DNA of 64,000 nt from Candidatus Micrarchaeota archaeon (GCA_016194335.1 JACQBR010000012.1:5448-69447); one strand, 5' to 3'. Shown: positions 22,601-28,274, counted from the first letter of the stretch. The notes: a model not told the origin generated them from the sequence alone. Numbers and translations are program-made.

Positions 22601-23178
22601 GCGGGCTTGAATCCCTTTGCAGGTTCGAAAAGGGGATTCCAAAGCTCGTCGTAAAGGACGGTGGTTACCTTGTCGGGGTCTGTGGGGCCGGAAACCTCCA
22701 TCGAAACGGTGACTTTCTTCAAAGCCACGGGCGCGGTTGATAGGGAAACTTCAGCGACCTTTCCGGCAGCGATGTCCTGGAAGGCGTCAGCGTTCTTGTA
22801 ATCGGGATAGAACGCGCTCACGTGCACCTGCTCGGTTGAAGGCAGGCCGGAGAAAGTGACGACCCCCTGCGCGTCAGTCTGGCCGGTTTTTTGCGCAAAC
22901 GACGAGCTGCCCGCAGTGCTCGTGACCTTCACCGTCGCGCCCTGGAGCGGAGTTCCGTCCGTGGCAGTGAGCGTCACCTTGAGGTCGCCCACCTTCGGCG
23001 CAAGAAGCGCCGGCGCTGCCATGAAATAGGCGCCTGCGAGAATGAGGAGAAGCAGCAGGGCGAAAAACGGCAGGCTGGGCACGCCCTTCCCCTCCAGCCA
23101 GTCGGCTGCGTCGCGAAGCGGCACTCCCCGCTCGGAGGCCCAATCCAGAAAATCTTCCCAGTTCTCCTGCAAGCCCAC
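7693..23178 (-). CDS. giant (5,161 aa) membrane-anchored repeat-rich, Cys-rich surface protein
   Basis: Uninterrupted frame with GTG start, an N-terminal TM helix, Big/CarboxypepD_reg-like segments, dozens of degenerate 70-80-aa units, a Cys-rich C-terminal third and hydrophobic G/A-rich segments. Confidence 0.85.
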   Translation of the reverse strand: MGLQENWEDFLDWASERGVPLRDAADWLEGKGVPSLPFFALLLLLILAGAYFMAAPALLAPKVGDLKVTLTATDGTPLQGATVKVTSTAGSSSFAQKTGQTDAQGVVTFSGLPSTEQVHVSAFYPDYKNADAFQDIAAGKVAEVSLSTAPVALKKVTVSMEVSGPTDPDKVTTVLYDELWNPLFEPAKGFKPAFTLDANATFHVKISAPGFTDKTLTNQVSGSGDSFLGAIALQAIPTAKRGTVKAFVFEIADGKRKPVPAAQVEVRDAATRAMVANLATADDGMTQTSETDLGQVVVLKASRDGYAANASDSITVAADTTVEVQVRKAEGPSTLHVEVYDSAADGAKLVENPLLRLYSKTPSGQYSIADEEKPFDGTYDFKADSKSSYALSAYAPGFLPLFIPSVSGPQKKIALAKATAQNSGRLKAHAGNYDGSDAGGASIALYSKDRTPLGTGERITGPDGVQYFDDVPATALVAVASVQGRLGEAAFAMQSGNASVEISLARGTGKARLLVLDHYGLKPVSGARVALSIAGLPYQSAPSTSGTSATASAQASSTASAGSSSPTSPTGAYSSPSPSSASSKAPSLTCVTDSAGTCLIDAPEGQGATAVVRAGGYDDFFTSSFAITANSEAKVRAELIPSALASGTRMEFAGFYDLAGNRVGTLAPASQYRARFILRAAPIDFDEAHAFVSIGSAGDSLASKNAVIVGFDAPGAGRVLYGADFEAARNFVPPALAALTAADSLGAAGAAGTNPSAQSPSSTGQQNPSSSPSPTSQSAASQLSPFPPVVQTSVQAAAQAATQNANQDASGKLAWVEAVFGKFSGTREISVIVQTAQVTAGKATLNYRTAYVAGAGTEAPTVLRNPDDADAGVKKSELLANALSESANIGFEGICQNGLCVAASFEQDGTAMPAPGFESEVAKQFYLRVLVLGANGTSEAALQSAGISINVENAQSGGVQSPPVKADDDSSTASIPISGNGVSFSLRSQRVSNNAALALTLKKDGTVAYQKTFFVRVNSQGVQSLSVQYAPLSFTALVPSQVKVKVRDSLGIPVGKARVVLGGVQDDALGRVVEAVEDPAERGTYVADAISPSSVGGVALSAEASGFSISRTRIPVTAKNFIAAKEAGVELSVAAKGEVASAPVTVENLLENEVGFSISVSKDSIPKILDISALPQESVRVPARGAFNALLQARISDFVLGLSQKGGQLEETVRGRVRVSASAGGVRQAVEIPFVASAKISQQPIDSSWRVDVQSVEIKLSPPLKADGSQLVTVSNDAPHPLLVNEELSSLRGLRIEPLSLEIPPGQSGSFTLTASADPASRNPGSCIFDESRQGGTLALWASFQGLTSKRTLPVSLTIGASGTCMPPNPVRVTLPLTLRITAPADAKVRPNDDGSTAMQLSSGSLIAFSSESVVQGQGRKIEVPFGKEIIVEAPQAVLDLATQVLTLTLPVASSLVVPADVAVVNANGKSVVLLGSLQVSLPQSASFSGAPGASEGRTVSIPASTPIIVSPLGRLDTRGNAMARIPIPVRLSLPANTIASSNPDSTFSAQLPSGAVFGFPAEAVRQTANSDGSLEVSLPANAPLLLPPSVMSAGASGGYSLKFPIPVALELDRDIQLAQRSGSIVAFLPGFDLSLPSDAQISQGESVRVAAIQPNAQFSFTPIDLRAATSRNSFYSLPVALILSIPPDARYEEAGGAKTIALFSGEVISLSPDASVGSQELDGSRQAFIPASSKASFPQGYITYASDGGFVLRPALPYSIGIPAGTKIVEAQSEKVAALPSYDLHLSKSAALTPKGQYPGLLFTDALSPSASTRISAVPEIRLESLSRLTLPFDATVPLPFEARAKQTTQGVAVLLPDGTPVGFSAPAELALQDVNSIGSIALAPASSSNPGTSNAQSQPNPSSASNAFSSFVRIPAGSALLLPGGKFSVAGGAAGGANGAVSATLPYALVISFDESVQVLRAEKATVLVGDSFKATIPSSAKLTPREKGGTALLQAGMALSIEPKEFFVLGEERTLPLELAVALPQGALSRTRPDGQVYAEFPGARGLFGTGSVLQGNVVRAPENTPVVFTPGVIIPIRASSLSASVRDYRFVLPTPYSFVLPASGKTTVQKDGTTLLELKDIVVAFPRTGRITTDDKGISIASMPANAVTNFYAAVGGVPAGQVGQVVEQTAKPPNPIDEIHLAARANRAFVLPAQLSIDVPPALRVSKPEDTGGIIGVWLSSDEVITFATPAELSPASATGIATVVAPQGTQVSVPDSPDFFRPLPNGAFSFSLPMRSQLGVPLDAEILSTQTGHSQAVLQDANLVITLPRITQFVPSAGSNVAEVPPNTQVQVQPLGQISFDGNVAVSLPLDVTLSIPPSGRVVEKGGGVTVFLPDGSVAQFPGASAQKAGASSSRTIQWPQGTNALLPPNLVAERQNGGREVVMPFAATVILPQESRIVRRGGSLIATVQGLGTQIILTGAGVPTRDARGIVATVPAGGRITSAPFGLNVLGPALILPFEIQMELPPDALVDENAPGGLAVEFAGGMRAKFSGASLTTPTAVGAAGLGGFGGLGGLGFPSGFNTFNAFQPFAGQFASPYANPGGIPYQSPYSALAASASQRSNVLLVPSSSQIVLTPQLYRPLAFDSWSSFGQAASYEFSLPAAFKAVVRSQSAFYNNPDGTLSVFDATTEIRFPPGSSPAPLSQLSGGVGVQQLYVPGFAPVRVLPIYSGRIAGDHITLPFELTLQLGAASRVLPLAPDGSRTVDFGNGGRVVFDRDLIVDARKVQFGQQGVRPQLSEVLIQQGDTVTFSPGIVSPLPASAASLREQSLVSSAGFPAYSLALPVPSTIKVPGDAKAYANADGSTSVILSDTELRLPAGVSPPLREKGDQGMQVYSVQAGGRISVIPLILSQVPAGGRVAFSLPIDALLQIPPTARVLPKAQDGTFIVQFTRGTITFNADMAVKAEGISLPAGTVFYPSQELLSTSSSADSRGTKFRVLKFTAPANIILTSSTSPIDNADSTKSILEGATELIIPKIIPVEKTADASGKERFASKLAAGALVQVQPIDASIGSNLEPVFLPADAVFSIPDNAKVFQAGNDGTLVVKLGDGLGIIFGAGNTLNSANSFAGSFAGSQTSANSFAGSFAGSQSATSTITAASAAASAASLGGGTRSVSVPQGVSISPSYAMFLPLAARADSASKLRRENSAYASGWRLLLPLGLTLTVAGGKAVAPEDRGYVIAGDFDELLLPKNARPVIDARNNRVTYSLPAFSTIELHPIDFSTDGLQEIKSFPAKAQFSLPGARQYSDPQTQATIFQLRGGGRIAFPQGGMGLSGFAGTGGAGLGSSSATGPSNSPFSSRLGADKMISVEEGSNFLIQQEWASATPDGYSLIFPFAWNIFYSPKAQIAKVGAEYALKLENGVNVFIPGIGPAGAQAASRFAQFSPSTGFSGGSGQNAFGQLQSGSSNPSQQGGSPSALGPASLPGLGAPSTRSAASSLLSLSIPAGTPVRFSFAETSLVSLTGERPGQLVLKAPFRGYIDVGSATVEQRGGAAVATMQSCASPVVFETTSATTRRAILPQSIQVTVTNARVRPSLAAGDRKFIEFSSGAQITLAACNPTDESARQITMFFPTITRFILPLDSVGESPTSIASGVVTFPDQEKCRQVSEFAGSQEILGLVGGTEKMQFGNVGAAGCDQKRPSNDACVDDRRDFEIEHEKTHEAHTKPAVDVKTGKPVVFTLCANPSSVGTVKVNPGSAEGTPQLLAEADSTEHPDELQFAFTDGTDGLKPQSMKAKLTNLGAVGVNLLIDQTAFAGTAGSQGWFDVKNIAWFKAGGSDKNARDPFIPGVRTEPGFVDVVATIPLDAGITDPVTGCVTQDHTGENAITGTVKFSGKQQAGATPGAAVQSNELKIKIEVKKDTGKCENAAELNRRLRLNGFHVTHASSIDTSTETQTMEGGGIFFKTPEPGQTQYFAIVNNLITPISLSAKWPEGKAGGIICRIVPDSTDISKLNAGIGPSFAGPEIDGQKLQKGTSALAACSPAAELPKTMADGKQQIFDAELSITGTVLKDDGAGGAKTDDKTVVTVRFNVFKPDAQNGAYAFYKATGSPQGTLCPTAVNSLSCPALTRSQPTIKSIVTREPPAGANANAQENKPSISITPGTPASGAEQKPAAAVAEGNENCQFSSESGAALSVPGGHCASDAQGADAAKLNNKEKAMFCEGNGAKDSFHPRDICCTDPKIAMDYDKATKSCVPKKAGLVQDADSLSQLSAISLKGDGGGKRTSVLQFQSSTPVNANTGTPAGSTSASTADFTRCEEYFCSNEQVAETFKSHISALRDAMDGVFISHSPTATDLKAAETFTKSVGGSVVKTLVVQKAGPAAVSKDDLAKAGREAFSGGKWLPAGNGVRMDGEDLSSCGIYLIETRVNLPDVPSNFFQQGANDHFAWLNAVNFNSKIRKVASCDGKISNFALLSGEPRATDQLTDPEVIVGREQVSWSPIAVASRFGSKGLESISSLSILPFLGAFQTGPYGGDDSKDDERVAISAFNALYNQDVQARGDEFGFVKSTYYDGPGFCTQHGISQLGTVFGGGLAVTAALTTAAGAATAAGLLPLAGALGWFATYTGKALASGGITCGISLIPSGAGATIHTGSASGGECRVINSCVQNVFSSIILGGLSQSGFTVAKGATGAAAVTNSFASVGRNIVSEASREGTLSIPNVALIGAGEATSSFFGEQAAPAFVAGRRATFQVGRAIEQSAVPSAILYRQLSREFFTDAQFASTKLDDKNEFIKGFIQEWKAQVDGGKFPHDPRAIKDALSEVMSVRPGVAPPTLKYGLGAGVASKIVFDSVQMTRFQTAIKPALEVSARNYGRAAAKEFGELKFPPGGKSIFKDKASLDAIRSKLGDASKPLQWGPGLKEAFPTQTLEEVFTPEFVAEVEAKSTGIKKDMKIIDTLDKWHNDVKVLFINAERNALKGTVVGVSEGVIAAAKAKRLVNVLKGVGTLAQFVAALGVSANVKPVEALAYAGVSDIVVLHNPPGGTLSNGLPSVHRYCEGNAQGGCITTQVYENFCKADDGNKACVNMVQKADGRYTLVLGFNSKPVQTTPATAGAAASAKRPTFKPSAEDKPAAKPAAKKEEPTKPDQEALALYNSVFQPAPTPVTNGFGKITVTPISPT
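13776..13855 (-). repeat. in-frame tandem duplication (38-nt exact copies, 42-nt period) inside the giant gene
   Basis: gggagcctgcgaatgagcctgcgaatgaattggctgaa occurs at 13776-13813 and 13818-13855. It encodes SANSFAGSFAGSQ(T/S) twice. Confidence 0.9.
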
Positions 23179-23609
23179 TTTGAGAAAAGCCCCCCACCAA
23201 GTTGGCGGCCCTTAACTCCCCTGGTGCAATCAATGCCGAAAACCCGGCATTTCCCCCTTTGGCACCCGCGCCGCCCTGACTTCTTTTAATTACTGATGAC
23301 AGGCATTTAAACATGCTCTTTAAAACCCACGCTGTATGAGCGGGACGCGGAAGTTGGGAAGCGCGGGAGGGATAGATGCCCCTTTTTATTTGTTCGGGGG
23401 GCTTTGTAATTTGCGGCAATTGTCGGGCTGCAGGCTGGTTCGCCGCGTTGCCATACCAAGACTGAGGTTCTGCTCAAGCTGACGTTTTGTTACGCTGCCG
23501 TTTCCAATCTGAGGTTTTTGTTATCCGGCTGATGTTCTTGCGGTTTTGTCAGTTTGTTTGCATCGGTTTGTTTTAATTTGGTTATCTTGTTGGAGAGGTG
23601 CTTTGAAAA

Positions 23610-24761
23610 ATGACTGACGGGGCGCATTCCGGTTTGGTGGAGCGGAACACTTTCTACATCGCAGTCGCACTCCTCGCGGTGCTTCTCATTGCGGCAAGCG
23701 CGTTTCTCTGGGTGCGCATTGCCAAGGTGGGCGCGCAGGTCGATTCGCTAAACGCCCCGGACACCGCGGCCCTTGCCGGCAGGATGGCGGCGCTGGAGGC
23801 GAAAGTGGCGGCACTTGACCAGAAGGTCAACCCCGCCATCAAGATGGCGATGCTTTACGACTCTTCCGACAATTTCTCATTCCCGGCAATGGCAAGCCAG
23901 CAGGAAATCCGCAACGCCCTCAAGCCGCAGAACATCGCGGTCGAGTTCAAGGACGTTGCGGGCAGGCAGGACCAATACCGCAAGGCGGGTTTCAACGCAT
24001 ACCCAATAATGTTCATCCCGCAGGACGCGATTGACTCCCACCCGCAGCTTGCCGCGATTGCCCCCACGCTCCCGCCAGCGACGCTTGACGGGGTGGACGG
24101 CCGCAGGTTCGAGGCAATGGGCTTTGTCACCAACGCAAAAACCCTTCTTGAAACCAGCTGCACCCAGTCAAACGGCCGCGTTTCTCTCTACGAGTTCGGC
24201 AGCCTCGACTGCTTCCAGTGCGGAAGGGCATACGCCGACGCCAAGACGGTGGGAGGCGAGTTGAACAACAGCGTGGACTTCGCGTTCAGGCACTACCCGA
24301 GGGAGGGAAGCAACTTCAGCTACATTGCGGCAGAGGCGGCCGAATGCGCCCGCGAGCAGGGCAAGTTCGACCAGTTCGTCTCCGAAGTATACTCCCGCCA
24401 GAACGCAAGCGATGCGCAAAACAGCTTCAGCCCAGAGATGCTCAACACGTCCGCAAAGTTCGTCGGGCTCGACTTGGGAAGCTTCAACGCCTGCATATCA
24501 AGCGGAAGCAAGCAGGCGCGCGTGAACGCAGACTCCACCGAGGCGGTCGTGTCCTACTACCTGCGCGTGCAGCCCGCGTTCGTCGTGGATTGCAAGTACG
24601 CATTCACCCCCGCAAGCCCCGCGCAACTCCGCCAGTCGATTTGCAGGGCAAGGCCGGACGCGTGCGGAAACTCCACCAAGCCGCCCTCGCCAGCCATTCC
24701 CATCGAGGTAATCAAGGCCCTGACAACCTCGCCAAACGGCTCGGCGGGAAACTCGGGCTGA
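23610..24761 (+). CDS. membrane-anchored DsbA-like thioredoxin-fold thiol:disulfide oxidoreductase
   Basis: N-terminal TM helix (FYIAVALLAVLLIAASAFLWV), a CFQC active-site motif in SLYEFGSLDCFQCGRAY, and later AAEAAECAREQGKFDQF. GGAGAGGTG lies upstream of the ATG. Confidence 0.75.
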   Translation: MTDGAHSGLVERNTFYIAVALLAVLLIAASAFLWVRIAKVGAQVDSLNAPDTAALAGRMAALEAKVAALDQKVNPAIKMAMLYDSSDNFSFPAMASQQEIRNALKPQNIAVEFKDVAGRQDQYRKAGFNAYPIMFIPQDAIDSHPQLAAIAPTLPPATLDGVDGRRFEAMGFVTNAKTLLETSCTQSNGRVSLYEFGSLDCFQCGRAYADAKTVGGELNNSVDFAFRHYPREGSNFSYIAAEAAECAREQGKFDQFVSEVYSRQNASDAQNSFSPEMLNTSAKFVGLDLGSFNACISSGSKQARVNADSTEAVVSYYLRVQPAFVVDCKYAFTPASPAQLRQSICRARPDACGNSTKPPSPAIPIEVIKALTTSPNGSAGNSG

Positions 24762-24767
24762 GCGCCT

Positions 24768-24780
24768 CTTTTTTGTTTTG
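24768..24780 (+). terminator. oligo-T tract after the dsbA-like gene
   Basis: cttttttgttttg lies immediately after the stop. Archaeal terminators are typically T-runs. Confidence 0.4.
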
Positions 24781-24856
24781 AGTTTCATTCCCTCTTTTCT
24801 TTTCATAATAGGCTCCGAACGCACAGCTATTTATAGAACAATCTATAGAAACCGTA

Positions 24857-25105
24857 TTGGTGATTGCCTTGTACACCAGCATCCAAATCCTGCCACAAAC
24901 CCGCCAGAAACTGGCCCAGCTCAAGGAAGGCCCGCGCGAGACTTACGACAATGTCCTGAACAAGCTGGTAGAACTCGTTCCCGCCCGGGACGACGAGGGG
25001 GAGTTCACAGACGAATTCCGCATCGGCCTTCTTAACGCCCGGCTTGAACTAAAGAGGGGCGGCGCCATTGGCCACGGCGAGCTGAAAAAACGTCTGGGGC
25101 TTTGA
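24857..25105 (+). CDS. type II antitoxin partnered with RelE
   Basis: GTG start and a 4-nt overlap with the toxin. It is a paralog of 28519..28776 (shared ...KLAxLKExxREsYDxVxxKLVxLVPxxDeEGe...). Confidence 0.6.
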   Translation: MVIALYTSIQILPQTRQKLAQLKEGPRETYDNVLNKLVELVPARDDEGEFTDEFRIGLLNARLELKRGGAIGHGELKKRLGL

Positions 25106-25371
25106 CGGACCCCATGACTCCTTGGAGAATCAACTGGTCCTCGGATGCCGCGCGCTTCCTCAGCGGCATGGAGCGCGGGGAGGCAAGGCGCATCGTCGCG
25201 AAGCTGGAGGCCGCTTCAAGGGAGCCGCAACGCCATTTCTCAAGGCTCTCCGGCCATGACGATTACAAGCTCAGGGTGGGCGACTACCGCGTGATAGCGT
25301 TGCTAATGCACTCGGAAAAAACAATCTTCGTTGAAAAAATCAGCCACAGGAAGAACATCTACAAGAAATAG
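25102..25371 (+). CDS. relE: RelE/ParE-family toxin
   Basis: YKLRVGDYRVIALL...IFVEKISHRKNIY matches the RelE/StbE core. Confidence 0.8.
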   Translation: MTDPMTPWRINWSSDAARFLSGMERGEARRIVAKLEAASREPQRHFSRLSGHDDYKLRVGDYRVIALLMHSEKTIFVEKISHRKNIYKK

Positions 25372-25389
25372 GAGGAACGGTTCGGCAAT

Positions 25390-26076
25390 ATGCAGAACTC
25401 CCCAAGGCAAATCTTTCCCGGCGTTTTCCTCATCCGGGGCCGCATTGCCACGGCCAGCCTCGCGCCGGGCTTCCGCGTCTATAACGAGGACACGGAAAAA
25501 ATCGGCGGCGTGCAATACCGCCTGTGGAACGCGCGGAAAAGCAAGCTGGGCGCGGCCATCGTCAAGGGGCTCAAAAACCTCCCGATAACCCCCGGGGGGA
25601 GCGTGCTTTACATCGGGGCGGCAAGCGGCACCACCGCGTCCCACGTGAGCGACATCGTGACCGGGGAGGGGGTGGTTTTCTGCGTCGAGTTCGCCCCCCG
25701 CGCCGTGCGCGACCTCGTGAAGGTGTGCGAAAGGCGGGAGAACATGCTTCCCATTCCCGAAGACGCCAGGACGCCTGAAAACTACGCCGATGTCGTTGCG
25801 GAAGAGGCGCCGGACGGGGTTGACGCGGTTTTCCAGGACGTGGCCGACCCCGAACAGGTGCGCATCCTCAAAATCAACTGCGAACGCTTTCTCAAGAAAG
25901 GCGGCACCGCCCTCCTCGCTCTCAAGGCGCGAAGCATAAGCGGAACGGGCGACCCGCAGGAGATTTACGCCCGCGTGCTAAGGGAAGTGCAAACGGATTT
26001 TGAGGTGGTGCAGCGCATCGACCTGGCGCCCTACGACATCGACCACATGTTCCTCGCGCTGAGGAAAAAAAGCTGA
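25390..26076 (+). CDS. flpA: fibrillarin (box C/D rRNA/tRNA 2'-O-methyltransferase)
   Basis: YRLWNARKSKLGAAI, VLYIGAASGTTASHVSDIV (SAM motif) and DVADPEQVRIL. Confidence 0.95.
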   Translation: MQNSPRQIFPGVFLIRGRIATASLAPGFRVYNEDTEKIGGVQYRLWNARKSKLGAAIVKGLKNLPITPGGSVLYIGAASGTTASHVSDIVTGEGVVFCVEFAPRAVRDLVKVCERRENMLPIPEDARTPENYADVVAEEAPDGVDAVFQDVADPEQVRILKINCERFLKKGGTALLALKARSISGTGDPQEIYARVLREVQTDFEVVQRIDLAPYDIDHMFLALRKKS

Positions 26077-26130
26077 TTGGGGAAGAAAACTCATTCGTCA
26101 CAACTTGGCCGCAAAGCCAAATCCCCTTTT

Positions 26131-26778
26131 TTACAGGCTCAACTCCATCACGGCCATTCCGGGCAAGTCAACCAATGCCGCCTTCCCCTCAAGAAGGGGG
26201 GGCAGCTTCACCAGTTTGGTTTTTCCCAGCGTCTGCGTCCCGCGCGCCTCGTGGATGTGGCCGCAGACGCAAAGCGCGGGCTGGAATTTGTTGATGGCGT
26301 CGAGAATGGATTTGCTCCCCACGTGCTTTCCGGCGGCCGTGAGGTCGGCGCACGTGCCCAACGGCGGGTTGTGCGGCGCGAAAATAGTTTTGGAATCAAT
26401 CCCCGCATTTGCAAGCATTCCGGCAATTTCCCCTTCGGTGAATTCAACAGGCGTGCCGAAAGGCGTGGTGAGCGAGCCGCCCAGCCCGACGATGTTGAAA
26501 TCGCCGACTTCAACCCTCCGGCAGTGGATGGAAATTCCCTTGCGCGACAGCCACGAGTGCACTTCCGGCGGGTCCATGTTCCCCCCAACGGCGAGTGCGC
26601 GGACGCCCGCCTCCTCGACAACCGCGATAAGCTCCTGCGCGTAGGAAAGCGGGCCGCGCGTGGTGAGGTCGCCGACTGCGAGGGCCAAGTCAGGCCGGGC
26701 GGATTGGATGAATTGGCCCAGGGCCCTTGGCGCCTGCCCGGCCAAATGGGCGTCCGAGAAGCAAAGCAGTTTCATCAA
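26131..26778 (-). CDS. metallophosphoesterase (calcineurin-like)
   Basis: Motifs FSDAH, GDLTTRG, GGNMD and CGHIHE occur in the canonical order. Confidence 0.8.
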   Translation of the reverse strand: MMKLLCFSDAHLAGQAPRALGQFIQSARPDLALAVGDLTTRGPLSYAQELIAVVEEAGVRALAVGGNMDPPEVHSWLSRKGISIHCRRVEVGDFNIVGLGGSLTTPFGTPVEFTEGEIAGMLANAGIDSKTIFAPHNPPLGTCADLTAAGKHVGSKSILDAINKFQPALCVCGHIHEARGTQTLGKTKLVKLPPLLEGKAALVDLPGMAVMELSL

Positions 26779-26891
26779 TCGAAAGTAGGCCGGGGGGAAT
26801 TGATTAGCCTTTTGCAGGAAGAATGAACGGGCGGAGGGATTGATTAATTGAACTGGAAACGAGAGATTTAAGCAATCACGGAGGAAGCCAC

Positions 26892-27236
26892 TACTTCCCT
26901 AAGGTCTTGAGAATCCCCTTCAGTTGTGATTTCAGCTTGGGCAAATCGTCAGCAATCACCGCGTGGGTAAGTTCGAGGTCTATGCCGAAATAGTGATGCG
27001 CCAATTTGTCCCGAAGGCCGGCGATCTTGGCCCAAGGGAACTTCAGGATGACTGTTCCTGAATGCATCCGGAATGTTCTTTGTCGCCTCTCCGATTACCT
27101 CCAAGCGCCTCAGGACCGCATCCTGAAGCTGTCCACTGCGGAGAAAATCGTCCTTGTCGGAACTCTTGACGTACTGTTCTATCCGGTCAATGCTTTCAAG
27201 AATGTGCTTGAGAAAAATCTCGACATCCTTGCTCAA
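26892..27236 (-). pseudogene. HEPN (DUF86/HepT) toxin gene with a +1 frameshift just before the Rx4-6H active site
   Basis: Frame 1 reads ...DAVLRRLEVIGEATKNIPDAFRNSHPEVP and then garbage to the stop at 26949. Shifting one base at about 27034-27035 gives WAKIAGLRDKLAHHYFGIDLELTHAVIADDLPKLKSQLKGILKTLGK*, ending at 26892. Confidence 0.75.
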
Positions 27237-27541
27237 AATATTCCCACTTCCTCGCGCATGATGCGGTTTTTAAGAAGGGGATTCACCGAATCGTACGTAA
27301 GGAGGTCCACCGAAATTCCCACGGCCCTTTCAAGTTCATTCTCCAAGCCTATAAGGTCAAGCAGGCTTTTTTTAGAGCCATATTTCACGAGCATGTCAAT
27401 GTCGCTTTTTCGCGTGGCCTTTCCGGCGGCAAAAGAGCCGAAAATCCCGGCCCTCACGATGCCATGCCTCTTGAGAATCGAGGTTAATGTGGGAATGATC
27501 TTTTTCATCTTGGCGTCCAATGTCGATGCACCCTTAAGCAC
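27233..27541 (-). CDS. nucleotidyltransferase (MNT) antitoxin
   Basis: GIFGSFAAGKATRKSDIDMLV motif and a 4-nt overlap with the HEPN gene. Confidence 0.8.
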   Translation of the reverse strand: MLKGASTLDAKMKKIIPTLTSILKRHGIVRAGIFGSFAAGKATRKSDIDMLVKYGSKKSLLDLIGLENELERAVGISVDLLTYDSVNPLLKNRIMREEVGIF

Positions 27542-27566
27542 ATATGATGGAAAATGCGTTATTTAA

Positions 27567-28274
27567 CTATAGCCCCTCCTGCCGGGGGGTATGCGCCTTC
27601 CTCTCCTTCCAGTACTCGTAAACCGCCGGGAGGAACGAGAGGAGCACGACTATCGCCACGACGAAATAGATGTTGCGCTCGATGTCGGGGATTTTCGTGC
27701 CAAGGTAGTAGCCCAAAAGCGTCATCGTGGCGACCCAGGCGATTGCTCCTGAAATGTTGAAAACCGCGAACCTGCGGTAGGGCATTTCCATCGCCCCCGC
27801 GACGACGGGCGCGAACGTTCGGACGACGGGGACGAAGCGCGCGAGGAAAATCGCCTTGCCGCCGTGCCTGTCGTAAAACGCCTTTGCACGCAGCAAGTGG
27901 CTCCTGCGGAAAATGAGGGAGTCCCTGCGCTCGAAGAGGAATTTCCCCGCCCTCTTGCCTATCGAATAGCTCACGAAATCGCCCACAATTGCAGCTGCCA
28001 TCAGGAGGAAGTTGAGGAAAACGATGTCGAGGTCGCCCTTCGCCGCGAATATTCCGGCAGTGACGAGGAGGGAGTCGCCGGGGAGGAAAAACCCCACGAA
28101 CAGGCCCGTTTCGGCAAAAATAATTGCCGCCATCACCAAGTAGCCGCCGGTCTTCACCAGCGCGGGTAGGTCGTAGAGCGAGTGGATGAGTTGGGAAAGT
28201 TGGTCGAGCATCGTTTGGTCACAAACCTCATTTATTGAAAGCTGCCGGCCTAGTTCAACCGGATTTTTTTTCAA
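27567..28274 (-). CDS. DedA-family membrane protein
   Basis: GDFVSYSIGKRAG...FLARFVPVVRTFAPVVAGA signature in a polytopic protein. Confidence 0.85.
   Translation of the reverse strand: MKKNPVELGRQLSINEVCDQTMLDQLSQLIHSLYDLPALVKTGGYLVMAAIIFAETGLFVGFFLPGDSLLVTAGIFAAKGDLDIVFLNFLLMAAAIVGDFVSYSIGKRAGKFLFERRDSLIFRRSHLLRAKAFYDRHGGKAIFLARFVPVVRTFAPVVAGAMEMPYRRFAVFNISGAIAWVATMTLLGYYLGTKIPDIERNIYFVVAIVVLLSFLPAVYEYWKERKAHTPRQEGL

Noticed and set aside
23290-23360. A possible box C/D sRNA (ctgatgac C-box-like word).
   Set aside because: There is no properly spaced D', C' or D (ctga) box and no terminal stem. This is not supportable by eye.
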